The notes: generated by a model from the letters alone, not told the origin. Shown: positions 27,430 to 37,126, counted from the first letter of the stretch. The stretch: 64,000 nt of DNA from Patescibacteria group bacterium (GCA_028871115.1 JAGWOD010000002.1:2144-66143); one strand, 5' to 3'. Translations and numbers: made by a program.

Positions 27430-28425
27430 TTAGTGACTCAAAGTCACAAAATCATTGGCAGTTACACTGTTGAAATTGCATGGATTTGCGTCACGGTAGG
27501 CCTTCGTAAGGATCATGTCTCCAGGAGTTGCACCGTACTGAGCAAAAGTTTCGAGTACATTCGCAGACATATGATTGAATATTGAATCAAGTTCCATATT
27601 GTAGATTCCATTCGATCCAACATATTTTTCAAGTCCGATATCAAATGTTTGCAGCGGCGGCTCAATATCGGCATATCCTATTAAATCTCCTGCATGAACA
27701 TGAGTCCCAACGGCGATAGATGGAAGTGGGTTCAAATGGAAGAAAATAATATTCCATACGTTGGGCGGTGGGTTGCCGCCGTACCCTGGATCAGAAGAAT
27801 CATCTATCCACACTTGTTGTCCTATAGGAGTCTGCTCGGTAAACATTTTTACTACCGTGCCATCGAACGGTGCATATTCTGCAATCTGATCCTTGGTACC
27901 ACCATAGGCAGGCAGTGGCATAAAATAGTGCTTCATTGAACGATTTGTTTCCATTACACCCTGCACATCAAGGCCACTATAGTCATGACCCGCACAGCTA
28001 CGGAATGTGCTGATCGAAGAAATCTTAGATAAATCGACCGGTGTAACAACGATAAAGTCCTCATTTAATGAGGCGGAAGGTGCCTGGGTTTGCGTTTGTG
28101 TCGTTTGTTGCGATTGTACCTGTTGATTTGGTTTTGTTTGTTGCACTGACATGAGTGTTTGAAGCTCCACACATGCAGGAGGCATCCCCGAATTGCTGCA
28201 GGCTGAAACACATGATGCCATATCACTGCAACCAATTTGTTGCATGAGTTCGGCAACGGAAGAGCTTGGTGTCGCTTGGGTTGAGGGTGTCGTGTTTGGT
28301 AATGTGGTTGTCGAGGACTGCACACTACTTTGAGTGATGGGTGGAATATTTTGGGGTTGGTGAAAACCAAATAATCCTGCAAAAAATATACCTATAGATA
28401 CAACAACACTTCCAAACCAGGACAT
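27430..28425 (-). CDS. secreted hypothetical protein with Gln/Thr-rich linker
   Basis: N-terminal TM/signal, a Cys-containing segment, a QTTQTQTQ linker and a C-terminal globular domain. No confident family assignment. Confidence 0.5.
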   Translation of the reverse strand: MSWFGSVVVSIGIFFAGLFGFHQPQNIPPITQSSVQSSTTTLPNTTPSTQATPSSSVAELMQQIGCSDMASCVSACSNSGMPPACVELQTLMSVQQTKPNQQVQSQQTTQTQTQAPSASLNEDFIVVTPVDLSKISSISTFRSCAGHDYSGLDVQGVMETNRSMKHYFMPLPAYGGTKDQIAEYAPFDGTVVKMFTEQTPIGQQVWIDDSSDPGYGGNPPPNVWNIIFFHLNPLPSIAVGTHVHAGDLIGYADIEPPLQTFDIGLEKYVGSNGIYNMELDSIFNHMSANVLETFAQYGATPGDMILTKAYRDANPCNFNSVTANDFVTLSH

Positions 28426-28509
28426 ACAGAAATTGTAGCATCCCTTAGCTCAACCTAGTGGACAATGTTGGAAACAAGGCCTGAAAAAACAGAACCACTT
28501 TCCACATCC

Positions 28510-28815
28510 CTATCCTTTTTCCCCCTTGAGAATAATTCTCTTTTCAAAACCGCCTCGTTCGTCCCTTTTCTTTTGCTGCAGGGCAACTACACCTCGGTAA
28601 TCAGATAGTTTCTGCAAAGCCTCTATTACTTCCAATATATCGGCAAATTCTTCGGGACTACCCGCTTCAGCAAATTCAACGATTTCCTCTTGAAGTTTTT
28701 TAATTAACTCCACCTTATATTCATCGGGTGAAGCGATATACTTTTCGTATGCAATTCCTTTACTGTCCAGAAGTTCGGGAATTTTATCCCGCACTAACTT
28801 TTTGTAACTGGACAT
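28510..28815 (-). CDS. MazG-like nucleotide pyrophosphohydrolase family protein
   Basis: 101 aa; KLVRDKIPE...EEIVEF...ADILEVIEAL matches the all-alpha NTP-pyrophosphatase (MazG/YpjD-like) pattern. Confidence 0.6.
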   Translation of the reverse strand: MSSYKKLVRDKIPELLDSKGIAYEKYIASPDEYKVELIKKLQEEIVEFAEAGSPEEFADILEVIEALQKLSDYRGVVALQQKKRDERGGFEKRIILKGEKG

Positions 28816-28881
28816 AGAAAAAGTATACCAATTCTAACATTCCACAGGCCGCAGAAAACCATCCTTATGTAACAACCCTAG

Positions 28882-28956
28882 CGCAGCGGACGGGACTTGA
28901 ACCCGCAACCTCGCGCGTGACAGGCGCGTGCTCTAACCAAGTTGAGCTACCGCTGC
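28882..28956 (-). tRNA. tRNA-Asp (anticodon GTC)
   Basis: Fold gives acceptor GCAGCGG/CCGCTGC, D-arm GCTC...GAGC, anticodon stem CGCGC/GCGCG with loop CTGTCAC, and T-arm GCGGG-TTCAAGT-CCCGT. Confidence 0.8.
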
Positions 28957-29014
28957 AGACAGAGACCAGAGTACCTGAGAGTGGAGGTTTTTTCAATCGA
29001 GTTTTTGGATCGAG

Positions 29015-29088
29015 TGTCGGGGGGCGGAATCGAACCGCCGACCTTGGGTTTATGAGTCCCATGCTCTAACCGTCTGAGCTACCCCGAC
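29015..29088 (-). tRNA. tRNA-Met (anticodon CAT; elongator Met or possibly Ile-CAT)
   Basis: Fold gives acceptor GTCGGGG/CCCCGAC, D-arm GCTC-AGACGGTTA-GAGC, anticodon loop CTCATAA and T-arm GGCGG-TTCGATT-CCGCC. There is one A-A mismatch at the base of the anticodon stem. Confidence 0.65.
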
Positions 29089-29133
29089 GCACCTGACACA
29101 GTAGCATCAGCGCGACTCCTCTTCAATTGAGAA

Positions 29134-29826
29134 TTACCCTGCTCGCTCGAGCAGTTTGAGATACACGTGCGCGGCAGCAAGCATGCTGACAGGAATAGTG
29201 ACAAGAAGACCGACGATGAGCGCTACCGCTCCAAGAATATTGAGACAAATGATGACAATAAGAAATCCAAGGAGGCGCCATTTTACTCCACGGGTGATGT
29301 GGGTGCTTTGGCGCAATATCTCTCCTATGCGGTGTACGCCATCAACTGCGCCGAATTTCACCATAGAATAACGGAGAATAAGATACACGCCGAGGATAAT
29401 ACCGACGGCCACCAGGAATCCTCCAACGACACTCGAGAAAGGAGCGGGAAGATACAATGCAGCACTACCAAGAAGTATCGGAATGAGGAATCCGAGGAGC
29501 ACAATCACTCCCGCTGCGATGGAGGCGAGTATGTACCGAATTCCCGTCGATACCGAAGGGATGATATCGCGGTAGGATGCAGGCTCTCCCCGAGCAAGTC
29601 TCAAGGAAATGACCGTAGCACCAATGCCGAAGATCAATTCAATGATCGTAATAAGAATGGCAAGCGCAATATTTGCAGGAGCGTTTTGTACAAGCGCCTG
29701 GAAGAGTCCCCGAAGAAGGGCGAGTCCCACAAGGGTCAGTACCACCTTAAGGAGGAGGCTATTGTGCAAGCGCATGGTCCTCCATCCGAAGCGCAGGGAC
29801 TCTCCGATAAAAAATGGCGGCATCAT
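29134..29826 (-). CDS. hypothetical multi-pass membrane protein
   Basis: Start taken at MMPPFF (29826) because the longer ORF runs through the initiator tRNA. It has six or more TM helices. Confidence 0.5.
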   Translation of the reverse strand: MMPPFFIGESLRFGWRTMRLHNSLLLKVVLTLVGLALLRGLFQALVQNAPANIALAILITIIELIFGIGATVISLRLARGEPASYRDIIPSVSTGIRYILASIAAGVIVLLGFLIPILLGSAALYLPAPFSSVVGGFLVAVGIILGVYLILRYSMVKFGAVDGVHRIGEILRQSTHITRGVKWRLLGFLIVIICLNILGAVALIVGLLVTIPVSMLAAAHVYLKLLERAG

Positions 29827-29849
29827 GAAATCTATTGTACTTGAAATTC

Positions 29850-29924
29850 TGGTTGCGGGGGCAGGATTTGCACCTGCGACCTTCAGGTTATGAGCCTGAC
29901 GAGCTACTACTGCTCCACCCCGCT
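29850..29924 (-). tRNA. initiator tRNA-Met (anticodon CAT) with genomically encoded CCA
   Basis: Near-identical in layout to E. coli tRNA-fMet (xGCGGGG-TG-GAGC...CTCATAA...GCAGG-TGCAAAT-CCTGC-CCCCGCA-A-CCA). The 1-72 pair is a mismatch (A-A) and the anticodon stem has two G-C pairs. Confidence 0.75.
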
Positions 29925-29994
29925 GCATTGACCCGTTGAGGGGTTAGTGTTCCTGAATGGTACAAGAAATCACTCGTTTTGACAAGAAAATGTC

Positions 29995-30729
29995 TCAGAT
30001 GCGCTCGAGAAGTGTGTGCACTTCTTTCTCACAACGCTCGAAGCGCTCCAGTACATCTTCGCAGTACGGGTTGAAGTGGTAGACGTCTTTAAAGAGCTCG
30101 GTGTCATGTCGAACACTCTCGACGGCATCCATGAGAAATCCGAATGAGACAGTATCGATTGCGGTCCGGTCAAATTCTCCCCGCGCGATGGTCTGTCCGA
30201 TAAAGTGGGTGAGAAAGAGGGTCTCTGCAAGATGTTTATCGTGCTTGTGTGCGTCCATTTCGATAACCGAAAATCCCCACCCCGCAAGAAGATTCTTGAG
30301 TGAAGCGTACTCTCTCTCCGAGAGGGTGTGATCGGCGATGACGATTTTGAAGCCCCCCACTTCCCCGCCGCGCTTGGAATAGCTCTCGGGCCCGAACATC
30401 GGATGGGACGCTACGTAGTGGGTCTTTTGCGCGATGCGTCGAAGAACTTCAGTGGTATGAAGTTTGACCGTAGCAACATCAACAAGAATGGTGTTCTCAC
30501 TCACAAGCGGAAGAACCTTCTGAAGAGTTTCCTCGAACGCCCGAATGGGAACGGCGAGTATGAGGACGTCACAGGAAGCTGCTTCGGAGAGCGAGAAGAA
30601 TCGCTTTCCGTCGGGATTCACTCGTGAGGAGTAAATCTTGACCATAAGCTCCGGAGCAAAACGCTTGGTCAGAAGCTCCACGAACGCTCCAAAGCTGCCG
30701 TGGCCTACGATACCGACCGAGGATATCAT
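29995..30729 (-). CDS. tyrA: prephenate/arogenate dehydrogenase
   Basis: Rossmann N-terminus VGIVGHGSFG and the HPMFGPE active-site region. It overlaps the secF stop by 4 nt. Confidence 0.75.
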   Translation of the reverse strand: MISSVGIVGHGSFGAFVELLTKRFAPELMVKIYSSRVNPDGKRFFSLSEAASCDVLILAVPIRAFEETLQKVLPLVSENTILVDVATVKLHTTEVLRRIAQKTHYVASHPMFGPESYSKRGGEVGGFKIVIADHTLSEREYASLKNLLAGWGFSVIEMDAHKHDKHLAETLFLTHFIGQTIARGEFDRTAIDTVSFGFLMDAVESVRHDTELFKDVYHFNPYCEDVLERFERCEKEVHTLLERI

Positions 30730-31640
30730 GCGCGGCGCTTTTGTTTTGTTCCACTCGCTTTCTCCCAGATAAGGAGAAGCGGAGAAGCAAGGAAGATCGA
30801 TGAGTAGGCTCCAGCAATCATACCGGTGAGCATGGTGAGAGCAAAATTCTGCGTGGTGGTCGGTCCAAAGAAGTAGAGGGCAAGAAGGACAATGACCACA
30901 GTGGAAGAGGTATTGATGGAGCGGGAGAGCGTCTGCATGATGCTACGGCCAACAACAGGCGGAAAATCCTCTCGCCGATGTGCGTCCGCATTGCGGCGAA
31001 GATTCTCGCGAATTCGATCAAAGACAACGATAGTATTGTTAATCGATATACCAAGGATAGTGAGAAGCGCGACAATAAAGAGCGAGTCCACTTGAGCTCC
31101 TGCGAAATGCCCGAGCACCGCGAAGAGACCGGCCGGAATGAGCATGTCGTGGGCAAGCGTGATGATGGCAACAATGCCGTATTTCCAAGAAGCGACCGGT
31201 TCGGATACCTTCCGGAATGCGAAGGCAATAAAGAGGATGATACAGATAATAACGAGCCCCATGGCGAGATACCCCTTATTGAGAACTTCCGCTCCGATGC
31301 TTGGACTTATAGATGTGAACTGTTGTTCCTGAACGGGTCCGAGTGTCTCTAGACTTTGTTCGACTGTGTTTTTCTGAGTGTTAGTAAGCGCGCTTGAGCT
31401 TATGACATAGGCTGAGACACCTGTCGCTTGGATACGAGTTTCGCCAAGATGAAGTGGGGTGAGCACCCCTTCTACCACTTGTACGCTCGGACGACCCTGC
31501 GGAAAATTTATTTGCAGAAGCGATCCACCCGCAAGGTCCAAGCTCGGCGTAAGTCCCCAGAGAAGAAGGGCTGCCAGTGCTATAAGGGAAACCACCGCGG
31601 GGAGCACTAGAAACGTTTTGTAATATTTGCTGAAAAACAT
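30726..31640 (-). CDS. secF: protein-export membrane protein SecF
   Basis: SecF signature with six TM helices. Start set at MFFSKYY, 4 nt after the secD stop. Confidence 0.85.
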   Translation of the reverse strand: MFFSKYYKTFLVLPAVVSLIALAALLLWGLTPSLDLAGGSLLQINFPQGRPSVQVVEGVLTPLHLGETRIQATGVSAYVISSSALTNTQKNTVEQSLETLGPVQEQQFTSISPSIGAEVLNKGYLAMGLVIICIILFIAFAFRKVSEPVASWKYGIVAIITLAHDMLIPAGLFAVLGHFAGAQVDSLFIVALLTILGISINNTIVVFDRIRENLRRNADAHRREDFPPVVGRSIMQTLSRSINTSSTVVIVLLALYFFGPTTTQNFALTMLTGMIAGAYSSIFLASPLLLIWEKASGTKQKRRA

Positions 31641-31644
31641 AGTC

Positions 31645-33006
31645 TTAGTTGCTAAAGCCCGAACCCATGAAAAATCGACCCATGCCGTCTTTTGCTTTAA
31701 TACCAAGAGCAAGGAGGAAGGTGCGGGAAATGCTTATGGCCGAGAGCATAGAGACAATAACCCCAAGACCGAATACCAGAGCAAAGCCTTTGATGACGTC
31801 GGTGCCAATCCAGAAGAGGATGACTGCGGCAATGATGTGGGCAATGTTTGAATCGCGGATAGCACTCCAGGCTCTTGTAAATCCTTCTCGTATAGCCTGC
31901 TCGGCCTCTTTACCTGCCCGCAGCTCTTCCTTCACACGCTCAGCAATAAGAATATTCGCATCGACCGCAAGTCCAACCGACAATATGAAGCCTGCAATAC
32001 CCGCCGCGGTGAGCACTACGGGGATAAGTGCGAAGAGGGTGAGCATAAGAACTACATAAATGAGAAGCGCTACGACCGCCACTATGCCGGGAAGACGATA
32101 CCAGAGGACCATAAATATAGAAAGCGCAATAAAGCCAATGAGTGCCGCAAGTATGCCCGCCGATACTGCCTGGCTGCCGAGTGTGGCTCCGATAGTTTCC
32201 GTCGTTGAGAGCGTTATGGGAACTGGTAGTGCCCCAAGATTAAGGTTGGTAGCAAGTTCTTTGGCAGTTTCTGCGCTGAAATTTCCAGAAATAATGGCAG
32301 TTCCGTTGGTTATAGGAGTCTGAATGACTGGTGCGGAGAGAAGCTGTCCGTCGAGGAATATAGCGAGTTCGCTGCCTACATTTTGAGTGGTGATCTGAGA
32401 AAAAAGCTGTGCGCCCTGAGAATCAAAATTGACTTCTACGACCGGCTCAGAGCCGAGGGCTCCCTGTCCGTTGCCAAACTGAAGCGAGGCTCCAGTGAGA
32501 TAGGTTCCGGTAAGGCCTGTCGTCGCAAACGCCGCGGGATTCGGAGTCCCCGAGGCAGTAGTGAGATTACTTTCATAGCCATGTTTGACGAGCTCAAAGG
32601 CAAGCGTGGGCGTCTGCCCTATCATCGTTTCGGCTTGCGTTACGTTGGTGACGCCCGGCAACTCTACAACAAGACGGTAATCGCCCTCGCCAAGGAGGCC
32701 TCCCCGTTCTGTTTCCACCACAGGCTCACCCACACCAAATGCATTCACGCGACGCTCAATAACCGCCTGAAGGGCTGATAGAGAATCAGCTACCTGGCTT
32801 GCGGGAACATTGCTCGTGTCGGCCGTATATTCAAGTTCAGTACCCCCGGAGAGATCAAGCCCAAGCTTGAATGCGAAAGGACCCTGCACCGTCTGCTCGT
32901 GCCATACAAAAAAAGCGAGGAGCGCCGCGACAATAAGAATGATGACTGAAAAATAGCGTATTTTGAACACGCAGGGCAGTATAGCGGCTAGATCCTTTTT
33001 AGACAA
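31645..33006 (-). CDS. secD: protein-export membrane protein SecD
   Basis: N-terminal TM, LGLDLSGG, a large periplasmic domain and a C-terminal six-TM SecD/SecF core. Confidence 0.9.
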   Translation of the reverse strand: MSKKDLAAILPCVFKIRYFSVIILIVAALLAFFVWHEQTVQGPFAFKLGLDLSGGTELEYTADTSNVPASQVADSLSALQAVIERRVNAFGVGEPVVETERGGLLGEGDYRLVVELPGVTNVTQAETMIGQTPTLAFELVKHGYESNLTTASGTPNPAAFATTGLTGTYLTGASLQFGNGQGALGSEPVVEVNFDSQGAQLFSQITTQNVGSELAIFLDGQLLSAPVIQTPITNGTAIISGNFSAETAKELATNLNLGALPVPITLSTTETIGATLGSQAVSAGILAALIGFIALSIFMVLWYRLPGIVAVVALLIYVVLMLTLFALIPVVLTAAGIAGFILSVGLAVDANILIAERVKEELRAGKEAEQAIREGFTRAWSAIRDSNIAHIIAAVILFWIGTDVIKGFALVFGLGVIVSMLSAISISRTFLLALGIKAKDGMGRFFMGSGFSN

Positions 33007-33110
33007 TTCCTCACTCAGGAGAGAAAAAATTGATAAAAAATAAGATTTGAAAGGACCTGCAGCTCTGGTAAAGTACGAGACAGACGGACTGCAAGAAATT
33101 AGGAGGTCCC

Positions 33111-34058
33111 ATGCTGGGAAAGTCTGGCGTCATGGCTGCGCCGCGCTACGGGTTGCTCCCTAGAGCAACTACGCTTGCGGACGCCGCCGAGCAGTTACTA
33201 GAGCAGGGATGTACGCGGCTCATGAACGATCGTTTGCCGGCATATTTTCCGAATCTCATCAGGGACTACGTTACCCTTTTGGAGGATCCGGAACATCACG
33301 TATTGCGGATCGATCATCCGCGTGAACTTCATGCTGACGGCGAGCCTGATCTTGGTTTGCGGGAAGTCCTTCGGGGTGAGCGCAAAAAGAATCCCAGGTC
33401 TGACGAAATCAAGGAAGGACGCCTCTACTACGATGAGAGCAAGGCGGTGTTCCATTACAACCAGCGTGCGATGGGGTACTACGCTCCACAGCAAGAGTTG
33501 GTATCGCGGCACGGCGAATTTTTCCGAGACCTCGCCATGCTCCAAGGCGAGTGTATGCTCCTCGGATATGAACTCGCCCACCACCTCGACGAAAAATTAC
33601 CTGGGTTCCGCTTCGAAAAACGCATGACGGAGAGTGAACATCTCATGCGGTTGCGTCTGCTCCACTATCTCTGTGACGGCAACAAACCCAACATTGCGCA
33701 GCGGCACCGAGACCAGAACTTTCTCACGATCCAGGTCCGCTCCGATGCCCCCGGGTTGTGGCTTGCGGACAAGCGCCAATCAATCATCGCTGACACAGAG
33801 GAGACGCGCCATGATTCCGTGCTTATCTTCTGGGGACGGAAGGCCTGGGAAATAACTCAAGGGAGAGTCGAAGGGGCTTTACATGGTGTGAACGATACAC
33901 GCTTCAATGGTCCTGGGGCACGGACTCCTCGTCATACGATTGTTGCCTTCCTTCACGCGAGCGTTTCCCCGGAGGAGAGCGCTTGGGCCCTGGAACACAT
34001 GGAGGAATTGGCAATACCCTCAGAAATCTCAAACTATGGGCTCCAAACTTTGGCCTAA
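33111..34058 (+). CDS. 2-oxoglutarate/Fe(II)-dependent oxygenase superfamily protein
   Basis: HRD...(LTIQ)...GLWL then ALHGV and RHTIVAFL give the HxD...H / RxS facial-triad pattern of 2OG oxygenases. Confidence 0.5.
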   Translation: MLGKSGVMAAPRYGLLPRATTLADAAEQLLEQGCTRLMNDRLPAYFPNLIRDYVTLLEDPEHHVLRIDHPRELHADGEPDLGLREVLRGERKKNPRSDEIKEGRLYYDESKAVFHYNQRAMGYYAPQQELVSRHGEFFRDLAMLQGECMLLGYELAHHLDEKLPGFRFEKRMTESEHLMRLRLLHYLCDGNKPNIAQRHRDQNFLTIQVRSDAPGLWLADKRQSIIADTEETRHDSVLIFWGRKAWEITQGRVEGALHGVNDTRFNGPGARTPRHTIVAFLHASVSPEESAWALEHMEELAIPSEISNYGLQTLA

Positions 34059-34864
34059 CCCCGGCTCTCGCTGGGGTTTTCTTTTTGCATAAGGAGAAAA
34101 AGATTCTTGAATATCATCGAGACAGCTATGGGGCCAATACCGCCCGGAACCGGAGTGAAAATGAGAGCTTCTTCCGCACAGCGCGGGTCAGCATCTCCAC
34201 GCACCTCTCCCCCCTCCTCAGAAGTCCCCGCATCGAGAATAACAGAGCCCTTCTTTACCATATCCGGTGTAAGAAGTCCGGGGGCACCCGCACCAAGCAC
34301 GATAATGTCCGCTCTACGCGCGGCAGAGACCAGACCTTTTTCATCTTTTGCGAGTATCGTCGTATGAGCTCCTTCAGAGGCTAACCACTTTGCCGCTGGC
34401 CCTCCAACCAAACGCCCCCTTCCAACTATCAACGCGTCTTTTCCTGCAATACCAATGCGGTTCAACTTGAGTATCTCTTTCATCGCCTCGATTACGGGCG
34501 GAAAAACTCGGGGGGTTTTCCCAATGCCATCAATATCTTTTTCCGCAGGAATTGCTTCGACAACTAGACTCGATTCTATGGAGGCAGGGAGAGGCAACTG
34601 TACGATCACGCCGTCACTGCATTTGCAGAGTCGGGCAAGTCCGTCGAGTGCATCTTCGGTCGTCGAACTGCTCGAGAGCCACTGACGCACCAGGGTGACG
34701 CCGATGTCGTGTGCCGTTCTCTCTTTTATGCGCACAAATTGGTCGACAACACGGTCACCCTCTCCCATGAGCACTCCAAGAACCGGGGTGCGTAGAAACT
34801 GCGCATGCTCTCCTCTGAGGGCCGCGCGGATATCGCGCGCTATGTTTCGTCCATCGATGAGCAT
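34055..34864 (-). CDS. folD: bifunctional methylenetetrahydrofolate dehydrogenase / methenyl-THF cyclohydrolase
   Basis: FolD layout with GRGRLVG(G)P NAD(P)-binding and the C-terminal PVPGGIGP motif. Confidence 0.9.
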   Translation of the reverse strand: MLIDGRNIARDIRAALRGEHAQFLRTPVLGVLMGEGDRVVDQFVRIKERTAHDIGVTLVRQWLSSSSTTEDALDGLARLCKCSDGVIVQLPLPASIESSLVVEAIPAEKDIDGIGKTPRVFPPVIEAMKEILKLNRIGIAGKDALIVGRGRLVGGPAAKWLASEGAHTTILAKDEKGLVSAARRADIIVLGAGAPGLLTPDMVKKGSVILDAGTSEEGGEVRGDADPRCAEEALIFTPVPGGIGPIAVSMIFKNLFLLMQKENPSESRG

Positions 34865-34865
34865 C

Positions 34866-35780
34866 TTAGTTGAGGTCTACTCCCCTCTTGAGTTCCTCAA
34901 TACCGTCTCTGAGAGAAATTGTGGGCTGCCATGCAAGGAGTTTGCGTGCGAGGGAGGGATCGGCGAGCGAGCGGCGGGGCTCAAGACGCGCCGGGACATG
35001 CTCCACCTTGCCCCCGATAAGAGCGGCTATCTCATTGACCGACGTTGCAGCGCCAGAGCCAATGTTGATCGCTTCGCCGTGCCCCACCATAGAACTCTCT
35101 GCAGCTAGAAGATTCGCGGCAACCACGTCGCGCACATGGATAAAATCGCGCGTTTGTTTTCCATCGCCTGTTACGGTAAGGGGTCTACCCTCCGCCTGTT
35201 GTTTGAGAAAAAGTGCAATGAGAGGAGCGTACGGACCCGAAGTCCTGGCACCTTCGCCGTACACATTAAAATACCGCAGCGATACGCTCCCGAGACCATA
35301 GGCCTCGGCGTAGAGCCTGCAGTACAACTCACCCACATATTTTTGAAGCCCATAGGGGCTTTTGAGGCGGGGAGGAAGATTTTCGTTAAGACGGTCGGCC
35401 TCTTGGTCGCCATAAATGGCGCTTGATCCAGAAAAGACAAACCGGGTCACCCCGGCCTCACGTGCGGTCTGAAGGGCAGCGAGGGTACCATGAACATTGA
35501 TATCATTCGTTTCCTCTGGATGCTCGAGAGAATATTGAACACTCGCATTAGCCGCAAGATGAAACATCGCGGAGGCACCTCGAGAGATATCGAGGAGCTT
35601 CGCTCTATCGCGAACATCAAGGTTGTGAAATGATGCCCCCTTAGGAACTCGCTCGCGTTTTCCACTCGATAAGTCATCGACCACTCTTACTTCGTATCCC
35701 CTCCCGAGAAGCGCCTTGGAGAGATGCGAACCGATAAAGCCCGCCCCGCCAGTAACAACAGCTATGTTTCTTTGTTGCAT
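34866..35780 (-). CDS. NAD-dependent nucleotide-sugar epimerase/dehydratase
   Basis: VTGGAGFIGSHL Rossmann motif and a YxxxK catalytic region; 304 aa. Confidence 0.85.
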   Translation of the reverse strand: MQQRNIAVVTGGAGFIGSHLSKALLGRGYEVRVVDDLSSGKRERVPKGASFHNLDVRDRAKLLDISRGASAMFHLAANASVQYSLEHPEETNDINVHGTLAALQTAREAGVTRFVFSGSSAIYGDQEADRLNENLPPRLKSPYGLQKYVGELYCRLYAEAYGLGSVSLRYFNVYGEGARTSGPYAPLIALFLKQQAEGRPLTVTGDGKQTRDFIHVRDVVAANLLAAESSMVGHGEAINIGSGAATSVNEIAALIGGKVEHVPARLEPRRSLADPSLARKLLAWQPTISLRDGIEELKRGVDLN

Positions 35781-35782
35781 AT

Positions 35783-37126
35783 CTATACGCCACTTCGGGT
35801 GAGCATCTTCGCGATCGTCTTGAGCGCTATTAATATATCAAGGATGAGTGACCGGTGTTGAAGGTAGTAGAGATCGTAGGAGAGTTTTTCCCGAGTGGCT
35901 TCCACGTCCGTACCGTGGTGGGGATGATTGTCATGATATAGCTGCGCCCACCCTGAGAGGCCCGGCCGGATGAGATGCCGCAAGCCGTAGTAGGGTATCA
36001 CTTTCTCATACTGAGCGACCAACGAAGGGAGTTCTGGACGCGGGCCAATGAGAGAGAGATCGCCAAAAAGAATGTTCCAAAGCTGCGGCAATTCATCCAG
36101 TCGTGTAGCGCGTAGCAGAGTGCCCACCTTCGTTACCTCAAGAGAGGTTTTACCTCCTCCGTATTTTCCATCATCATTACCGTTCATCGTGCGGAATTTA
36201 TACAGACGAACTACCCGGTCGCCCTCTCCTACGCGCTCCTGCACGATGAAAAAAGGACGCCCGCTTTCGAAAAAAATAGCGAGCATTATGAACGGATAGA
36301 GTATCAGAGATACGATTCCGAGAAAGAGCGCTCCTATAATATCGACAGCACGCTTGAGGGGATCGTAGAGTACATGAACATGCCGCGAGACATTGCGGGC
36401 AATCCAGGGATCATTCACCCGAGCGAGTGGAACTCGGCCAAACACCTCTTCATACAAAGAACGAGCGTCGATGAAACGCACCCCGCGGGTAAGCAAGTTG
36501 TAGAGATCGGGAAGTGTGGCTTCGACGCCCGAGGATTCGAAATCCGCAATGACAAACGTGGGAAGGTTCTTCTGAAGAGCCTCTTCAACATCCTCTTTAT
36601 GCGCTCCTCCCGGGGCAATCACTGCCTCTATAGAAACCGGAGCAAGCGGTGCATTCTCAAGAGCCCTGACTAACTCGTCTATCTCCCTCCCCGCTCCGAT
36701 AATGAGTGCCGTATCCCTCTTCTGCAGACCAAGAAGAGGAAATAGAAAAGCTCTCCAGAAAAGAATGAGAAGAAAGGAAACTATCAGATAGATAGCGAGA
36801 ACGGTTTTAGGAGAGATGCCGAACGTAGGGACGAGGAAAAAGAAGAGAGCCGCAATAATGACATTGGCGATTTGTGCATTGAGAAGTGTGGTTGAAAGTG
36901 CCCGACGCGCAAGAATAATACGCCGCCCTTCATAGAGCCCGGCGATAAGGAAGATCAACACCCAGAGGAAGAAAAGAGGGGTAAAAGCGAGAAGGTGGGC
37001 TTCGAAGAGCGCACCCGAAGGAGGGGCAAATGCACGTAAAAATAGGCTCAGCCAGAGAGCTGCGATGAAAAAAATGATGTCGCCAATGAACAGAGCGAGC
37101 GCCGAAGGTCTGAGCGCTGAGGTCAT
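35783..37126 (-). CDS. polyprenyl-phosphate glycosyl-1-phosphate transferase (bacterial sugar transferase, WbaP/CpsE-like)
   Basis: N-terminal TM bundle, then the C-terminal bacterial sugar transferase domain (SGRPFFIVQERVG...KFRTM...LDELPQLWNIL...GPRPE). Confidence 0.85.
   Translation of the reverse strand: MTSALRPSALALFIGDIIFFIAALWLSLFLRAFAPPSGALFEAHLLAFTPLFFLWVLIFLIAGLYEGRRIILARRALSTTLLNAQIANVIIAALFFFLVPTFGISPKTVLAIYLIVSFLLILFWRAFLFPLLGLQKRDTALIIGAGREIDELVRALENAPLAPVSIEAVIAPGGAHKEDVEEALQKNLPTFVIADFESSGVEATLPDLYNLLTRGVRFIDARSLYEEVFGRVPLARVNDPWIARNVSRHVHVLYDPLKRAVDIIGALFLGIVSLILYPFIMLAIFFESGRPFFIVQERVGEGDRVVRLYKFRTMNGNDDGKYGGGKTSLEVTKVGTLLRATRLDELPQLWNILFGDLSLIGPRPELPSLVAQYEKVIPYYGLRHLIRPGLSGWAQLYHDNHPHHGTDVEATREKLSYDLYYLQHRSLILDILIALKTIAKMLTRSGV

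Noticed and set aside
29827-29928. N-terminal extension of the membrane-protein ORF 29134..29928, and ORF 28865..29062
   Set aside because: They overlap the initiator tRNA, or the tRNA-Asp and tRNA-Met genes, on the same strand.
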